The translations under genes were made by a program, and so were the position numbers. Positions 57,714 to 61,930 of a DNA stretch of 61,930 nucleotides are shown piece after piece. The notes beneath the pieces were generated by a model that saw only the letters and a program-made list of their open reading frames with translations, did no database searches and was not told the DNA's origin. The DNA comes from a virus (lineage: Duplodnaviria > Caudoviricetes), in IMG/VR virus record IMGVR_UViG_3300047476_000159, positions 1-61,930 of that record. One strand, given 5' to 3'. Each line of letters starts with the position of its first letter. Position 1 is the first letter of the stretch.

Positions 57714-57788
57714 GCGCTAGAGGCTAATTGGTATTGCAAGGGTCTCTAAAGCCCGAGAGAGCAGGTTCGATCCCTGTCTAGCGCACCA
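57714..57788 (+). tRNA. tRNA with a CUA anticodon (amber suppressor)
   Basis: Acceptor GCGCTAG/CTAGCGC with A73 and encoded CCA. D-loop contains TGG. Anticodon arm GGGT-CTCTAAA-GCCC with CTA at 57746-48. T-arm GCAGG-TTCGATC-CCTGT. Confidence 0.88.
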
Positions 57789-57800
57789 TTTATCAACTTA

Positions 57801-58031
57801 ATGTCAGGTAGTATTATGACAATTGAATCAGCATCGCAGTTTTTAGTAGGTAGCATCATGTACACTATAGGGTTTGTAGTTATCATCGCAGGTGTTACCT
57901 TTGTAAACAATATTTTAAGTAAATATTGGAAGCCAGTAAAGATTTGGATGCCGCACTATTTTCAAGAGCCGCAACGATTCGCTACAGAAGAAGAAATGGA
58001 AAAGATTACCCCAACTATGGATAAGAAATGA
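57801..58031 (+). CDS. Small membrane protein (one TM helix)
   Basis: Hydrophobic segment FLVGSIMYTIGFVVIIAGVTFV. ATGA coupling to the next gene. The start may be the second Met. Confidence 0.65.
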   Translation: MSGSIMTIESASQFLVGSIMYTIGFVVIIAGVTFVNNILSKYWKPVKIWMPHYFQEPQRFATEEEMEKITPTMDKK

Positions 58032-58453
58032 TTGATTGTATTGTTCTCGGTGATAGCATCGCAGTTGGTACTCATACACAACGGTATGAATGTACTTCCT
58101 ACGCGAAGGGAGGCATCAACAGTTGGCAATGGAACAAATTATATGCTGACAAAGATTTGACAGCAGGTACAGTTATCATTAGTCTTGGTACTAACGACCA
58201 TAAGTTTGTAAAAACTGAACGTGAGTTGTTAGCAATGCGTGAACGAGTAAACAGTAAAAAAGTATTTTGGATTCTGCCAGTAGGCAATTCACCTGAAAGT
58301 GGTGTATCGCTAGAAGAAATTCAAAATACAATCAAGCGTATCGCTACTAAATACAACGACATTGTACTTCCAATTACGAGAGTACAATCAGACGGAATTC
58401 ACCCAAGCTGGGCTGGATATAAAGAGTTAGCCACTCAAACAAAGGAGAAATAA
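58028..58453 (+). CDS. SGNH/GDSL hydrolase
   Basis: Blocks GDS, G, GTND and DGIHP are all present. Confidence 0.85.
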   Translation: MIDCIVLGDSIAVGTHTQRYECTSYAKGGINSWQWNKLYADKDLTAGTVIISLGTNDHKFVKTERELLAMRERVNSKKVFWILPVGNSPESGVSLEEIQNTIKRIATKYNDIVLPITRVQSDGIHPSWAGYKELATQTKEK

Positions 58454-58454
58454 A

Positions 58455-59057
58455 ATGGCATAGATTGAATATCATTGTAAGGACATAGTGTTCCACTTTA
58501 ACAAGGCACACTTAACAGACCAGACCATTCCCATGTGGGTCTTAAAATTTCATGGCGAAACATATTATGTGAATCATGTGGAATGCAACGTTCCATGGTC
58601 TACTAAAGAGACCCCTGATAATCCACATACTAAAGGCAGTATCAAAGTCAAAGACTGTTTACTACAGATTGACGAGAACAACGAAGCCAAAATCTCACCT
58701 ATTACAGTAATAGACAAGTTCCGTCTACGTAATCAAAAGCTCGGTATCACCCGTGTCATGGTCAGTGAACGTAATTGGGGTGGAACTAAGTTACGTGACT
58801 TACTTAAAGAAAAGAAGATTAAACATGGACCTATCAAAAGTATCGGTGGCGCATGTACAACTACTTTCTATGTGACTGATATCTACAATGAGAGTGATGT
58901 AACTTACCTCGCATTAATGTTGACAGATACAGACTTTAGAAAACTCATGCCTAACGAAGGATACTATAGGATGTATGACGACCCAAAGTATCAAGGGACC
59001 AGCGATATCGATTTGGATGCAATTGACTGGTCCGATGATGACGAGGATGACCAATAA
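58455..59057 (+). CDS. Hypothetical protein with an in-frame TAG at codon 3 (probable amber readthrough)
   Basis: AAGGAG RBS 7 nt before the ATG at 58455. ATG GCA TAG ATT GAA TAT CAT TGT AAG GAC ATA GTG is in frame with the ORF-track start at 58488. Confidence 0.7.
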
Positions 59058-59167
59058 ACTTTCTTTTTACACTAGCCTATTCTACAATAAATACATTGCT
59101 AGATAGGCTAGCAATCTAACAGACTTTAACCAATATGCTCTTAGTCTGTGAGCAGTAAAAGGAAAAT

Positions 59168-60109
59168 ATGATGTATCAATCAAAGCTCGTGGCGAGCCTA
59201 AAAGCCAATGGTAAAATTCTCCGCGAATTTAAAGACACAGTTTATATTCCATTCGGTAGCGAATATAGCTTCTTACTCAAAAACCTCAACACAACCCGAG
59301 CACTAGTCAACGTCTTTATCGACGGTGAAGATATGACACCCGGTGGTCTGGTTCTTAACGCAGGTCAAGAAGTAGATTTAGAGCGTAGCATCAAGGGTGG
59401 TAATCTAACAGAAGGCAATCGTTTCAAGTTCATTGAGCGAACTGGTGCGATTGAAAACGGACCACGTGGAATCAAATTGGAGGACGGACTTGTCCGTATC
59501 GAATTTCAATTTGAGAAACCACCAATGCGAGTTACAGAACTACCTGATTGGCAACGCAAATCTATATTCGGTCCCATGTACGGGAACCACGGTGGTATCG
59601 TTGGAAGTATCAATACGAGTGAGTACCCGGGAGTCACAGACAAGTTCAGTCTCCAGTCAAGTGGTTGGACACCCACTAGTGGCACTTATAGTCAAGTGAA
59701 TGTCAATGGCGCATTGCGCGGCGTTGATTGGAGCAAGAACGGAGAAGTTACCGCACAAGCCGCAAGTGCCTCAATAGATAAGTATTGTGCTGACAACGGC
59801 ATCATCAATCAGATTGACTTGCATGACGGTATGGCTACTATGGATTCATACGTACCAAAGAACGATGTTGGTATCACTGTGCCCGGCAGTAAGTCTACAC
59901 AGAAGTTCACGACAACTTACATGAATGCTATGGAACCCGAAAAGCATACAATCGTGTTGAAGTTGCTAGGTGAGACTGAGGACAACAAGCCTGTACTAAA
60001 GCCTGTCACTACAAAGCACAAGCCCAAGTGCGTTACATGTGGTAAGCAAAACAAAGCGACTGCTAAATTTTGTACAGAGTGTGGCACTGCGTTAGAAATC
60101 TTTGCTTGA
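59168..60109 (+). CDS. Hypothetical protein with a C-terminal zinc ribbon
   Basis: AAGGA RBS and C-terminal CVTCG...FCTECG. Confidence 0.75.
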   Translation: MMYQSKLVASLKANGKILREFKDTVYIPFGSEYSFLLKNLNTTRALVNVFIDGEDMTPGGLVLNAGQEVDLERSIKGGNLTEGNRFKFIERTGAIENGPRGIKLEDGLVRIEFQFEKPPMRVTELPDWQRKSIFGPMYGNHGGIVGSINTSEYPGVTDKFSLQSSGWTPTSGTYSQVNVNGALRGVDWSKNGEVTAQAASASIDKYCADNGIINQIDLHDGMATMDSYVPKNDVGITVPGSKSTQKFTTTYMNAMEPEKHTIVLKLLGETEDNKPVLKPVTTKHKPKCVTCGKQNKATAKFCTECGTALEIFA

Positions 60110-60134
60110 TATAAATACCCGAGTATGATATAAT
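60106..60134 (+). promoter_or_regulatory. sigma70-type early promoter with an embedded TATAAATA
   Basis: TTGATA-N17-TATAAT, with TATAAATA at 60110-60117. Confidence 0.75.
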
Positions 60135-60141
60135 CTCGGGT

Positions 60142-60396
60142 ATGAAAATCGAACGAGCAATTGATTGGGATAAAGTTAGTGATGACTTACGTAGCCAGTT
60201 GGGAACGATTGGCTACAACCCTGACCTACGTAGAATGTTTTCAAACATAGGTTCTATGGTGTCAGAATTGAGTAAGTTAGAAGTAACTTTCCGTAGAACA
60301 CAAAAGTACTCAATGCTTGACGATAAAGTTGCTGAGATAAACAAAGCAATAGATCACCTCGAAAAACTGATACTCATGGCTAAACTAATGAGTTGA
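60142..60396 (+). CDS. Hypothetical helical protein (84 aa)
   Basis: ORF directly after the promoter, with no Shine-Dalgarno. Confidence 0.7.
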   Translation: MKIERAIDWDKVSDDLRSQLGTIGYNPDLRRMFSNIGSMVSELSKLEVTFRRTQKYSMLDDKVAEINKAIDHLEKLILMAKLMS

Positions 60397-60421
60397 CAAC
60401 AACTGCCCATTATGTTATACT
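60393..60421 (+). promoter_or_regulatory. sigma70-type early promoter
   Basis: TTGACA-N17-TATACT. Confidence 0.85.
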
Positions 60422-60427
60422 ATGGGT

Positions 60428-60952
60428 ATGAAAACAGTTACAGAACACCTCAAAGACAGACACCTCAATCTTGAGTTGCATCGTCCTATGGTGGACGAGG
60501 TTGAGCGTGTCGCTACATTCTTCCTGTACAATCTGAGTGGTCAAGTTGTTGGCTACCAACAATACAGGCCCGAGGGCGAAAAGAAGCCCCAAAACAATCC
60601 CAAGCAAGGCAAGTACTTCACTTACAGAAAACAACCTACCCTCGCAGTTTGGGGTGTTGAGAGTTTACACCTGACCCCTAATGTTGTTTTTGTGTGTGAA
60701 GGTGTGTTCGATGCCGCACGATTGACAGCCAAGGGTGTCAGTGCTCTGGCTGTATTGAGTAACAATACCGGTAAAGACTTGAGTAACTGGCTTAGTATGT
60801 TGAACCGCAAAGTTGTCGCTGTGTGTGACAATGATGATGCTGGTCGAAAACTTGCCAAGTTCGGTGATGTTGCTGTATTCTGTGAAGACCACGACTTGGG
60901 TGATTCTAGTGATGAATTTGTTAACTCTTTAGTACTCAAATTTGTCAGTTGA
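60428..60952 (+). CDS. Stand-alone TOPRIM (primase-like) domain protein
   Basis: 'VFVCEGVFDA', 'CDND' and 'HDLGD'. Start moved to 60428 because the ATG at 60422 abuts the -10 box. Confidence 0.8.
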   Translation: MKTVTEHLKDRHLNLELHRPMVDEVERVATFFLYNLSGQVVGYQQYRPEGEKKPQNNPKQGKYFTYRKQPTLAVWGVESLHLTPNVVFVCEGVFDAARLTAKGVSALAVLSNNTGKDLSNWLSMLNRKVVAVCDNDDAGRKLAKFGDVAVFCEDHDLGDSSDEFVNSLVLKFVS

Positions 60953-60977
60953 CAATAAATCATTTTGGTTATATAAT
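60949..60977 (+). promoter_or_regulatory. sigma70-type early promoter (perfect consensus)
   Basis: TTGACA-N17-TATAAT. Confidence 0.9.
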
Positions 60978-61004
60978 ACAAACTATTGAGCAACGGAGTT
61001 TATT

Positions 61005-61412
61005 GTGGAAATCAAAATTGAAGCTAGTCGCCGCAACAAAAAATTTATTGAGGCACTATTGCCCTCGATGATTCGACAACTCAAATTGGAAAGTAGTAAA
61101 AGAGTATTACTTATTCGTGTTGCGGACGAATGCGGGGATAATCAGGGCACGACACTTGACTTAGGTGTCAACCTCGGTATCGTTGTCGTCATTAAGCCCC
61201 GCAAGAATCTCAAGGACGTTGGGTTGACCCTCGCACACGAAATGGTTCACGTAAAACAATTGGCTAAAGGTCAATTGAAAACTCGCAAGACCGGATCATA
61301 CATTTGGGCGGGAAAGCGTTACAGCAAAAAAACTGAATACTTGAGTATGCCCTGGGAAATTGAAGCATTTAGTAAACAAGAACTTATTCTTCGCCGAGCA
61401 TTTGAAGAATAA
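61005..61412 (+). CDS. Zincin-like HExxH metallopeptidase-domain protein
   Basis: 'TLAHEMVHVKQ...PWEIEA'. GGAG RBS before a GTG start. Confidence 0.75.
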   Translation: MEIKIEASRRNKKFIEALLPSMIRQLKLESSKRVLLIRVADECGDNQGTTLDLGVNLGIVVVIKPRKNLKDVGLTLAHEMVHVKQLAKGQLKTRKTGSYIWAGKRYSKKTEYLSMPWEIEAFSKQELILRRAFEE

Positions 61413-61417
61413 AAAGG

Positions 61418-61446
61418 TTGACGATAAATGTATTTGGGCATATAAT
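61418..61446 (+). promoter_or_regulatory. sigma70-type early promoter
   Basis: TTGACG-N17-TATAAT. Confidence 0.88.
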
Positions 61447-61476
61447 ACATGTATTGATTGATTAAAGGAGCACTGA

Positions 61477-61764
61477 ATGTCTAACAAAGAATGGATGGTA
61501 GCAGTTTACAAAGCAGACAAGCGTTGTAAAGCTGGCGAACGTTTTGTTGCTAAATATCCGTTCTCGGGTATGGATCGTGCTGGTGTTGAGCGTGAACTGC
61601 GTGAACTGACCATGCAACTGTATCCCAAGAAGGATGGTTGGCGCTTTGATGTTCAGGAACGTTATATGACAGTCAAGAACTACATGACCGGCAAGGATGT
61701 TCAGATCGAGGCTGACACCCCTTGGTGTTGTAACCCTGCTAGCGAATCTTATTGGTCAATGTAA
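61477..61764 (+). CDS. Hypothetical early protein (95 aa)
   Basis: AAAGGAG RBS. C-terminal 'TPWCCNPASESYWSM'. Confidence 0.8.
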   Translation: MSNKEWMVAVYKADKRCKAGERFVAKYPFSGMDRAGVERELRELTMQLYPKKDGWRFDVQERYMTVKNYMTGKDVQIEADTPWCCNPASESYWSM

Positions 61765-61765
61765 T

Positions 61766-61794
61766 TTGACAATAAATCCAAACTCTGATACAAT
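61766..61794 (+). promoter_or_regulatory. sigma70-type early promoter
   Basis: TTGACA-N17-TACAAT. Confidence 0.85.
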
Positions 61795-61827
61795 ACTTGT
61801 ATTGACACTGAAATCAAGGACAAACAA

Positions 61828-61930
61828 ATGGCACTGACTCCCCTGACCGAACGTCAAAAAGCACTGATTGTTTCCAATGTCGTTAAGGCATGCCGAAACA
61901 TCAATTCTCTGAACAACACCGGCTACAAGT
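61828..61930 (+). CDS. Hypothetical early protein, 3'-truncated (MALTPLTERQKALIVSNVVKACRNINSLNNTGYK...)
   Basis: AAGGA RBS and an open frame to the window end. Confidence 0.75.
   Translation, partial: MALTPLTERQKALIVSNVVKACRNINSLNNTGYK

Noticed and set aside
57714-57788. tRNA-Pyl
   Set aside because: It has the D-loop GG, the TTCGA T-loop and A73, which tRNA-Pyl lacks. No pyl genes are in the window.
59119-59154. H-type pseudoknot upstream of 59168
   Set aside because: With both full stems formed the third loop would be 0 nt, which is sterically implausible. Treated as alternative hairpins instead.
60422-60427. ORF-track starts at 60422, 47297, 35377, 31566, 30187 and 28885
   Set aside because: Downstream ATGs fit better with promoter position, RBS or stop/start overlap.
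1-61930. Genome-wide TAG reassignment (genetic code 15)
   Set aside because: Standard-code ORFs tile the window at high density, including 6242 codons without a TAG. Only one in-frame TAG candidate was found.

Overview
This is a segment of a large lytic T4-like/jumbo-type myovirus genome. It is AT-rich and all credible genes are on the + strand. (1) 1-27 kb is a baseplate/tail structural module: gp25-like, gp6-like, a 6242-aa giant virion protein and tail-fibre-type proteins. (2) 27-56.7 kb is a tightly packed sugar-tailoring cluster: several glycosyltransferase-like genes, seven twitch/SPASM-type radical SAM enzymes, a B12-dependent radical SAM enzyme, a UDP-sugar dehydrogenase, a DegT-type aminotransferase, an amidinotransferase, a 2OG-Fe(II) oxygenase fusion, a carbamoyltransferase and a 1522-aa repeat/GT protein. 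(3) 55-59 kb carries translation and envelope functions: a circularly permuted two-piece tmRNA (tag ANDESYALAA), a porin and a CUA-anticodon amber-suppressor tRNA. The tRNA appears to be co-transcribed with a gene whose third codon is TAG, while none of the 43 complete genes I called ends in TAG. (4) From 60 kb, small early genes each sit behind a near-consensus sigma70 promoter. Several late promoters lie exactly 5 nt before an ATG, suggesting leaderless mRNAs. Functional calls come from motifs read by eye; no database searches were run.
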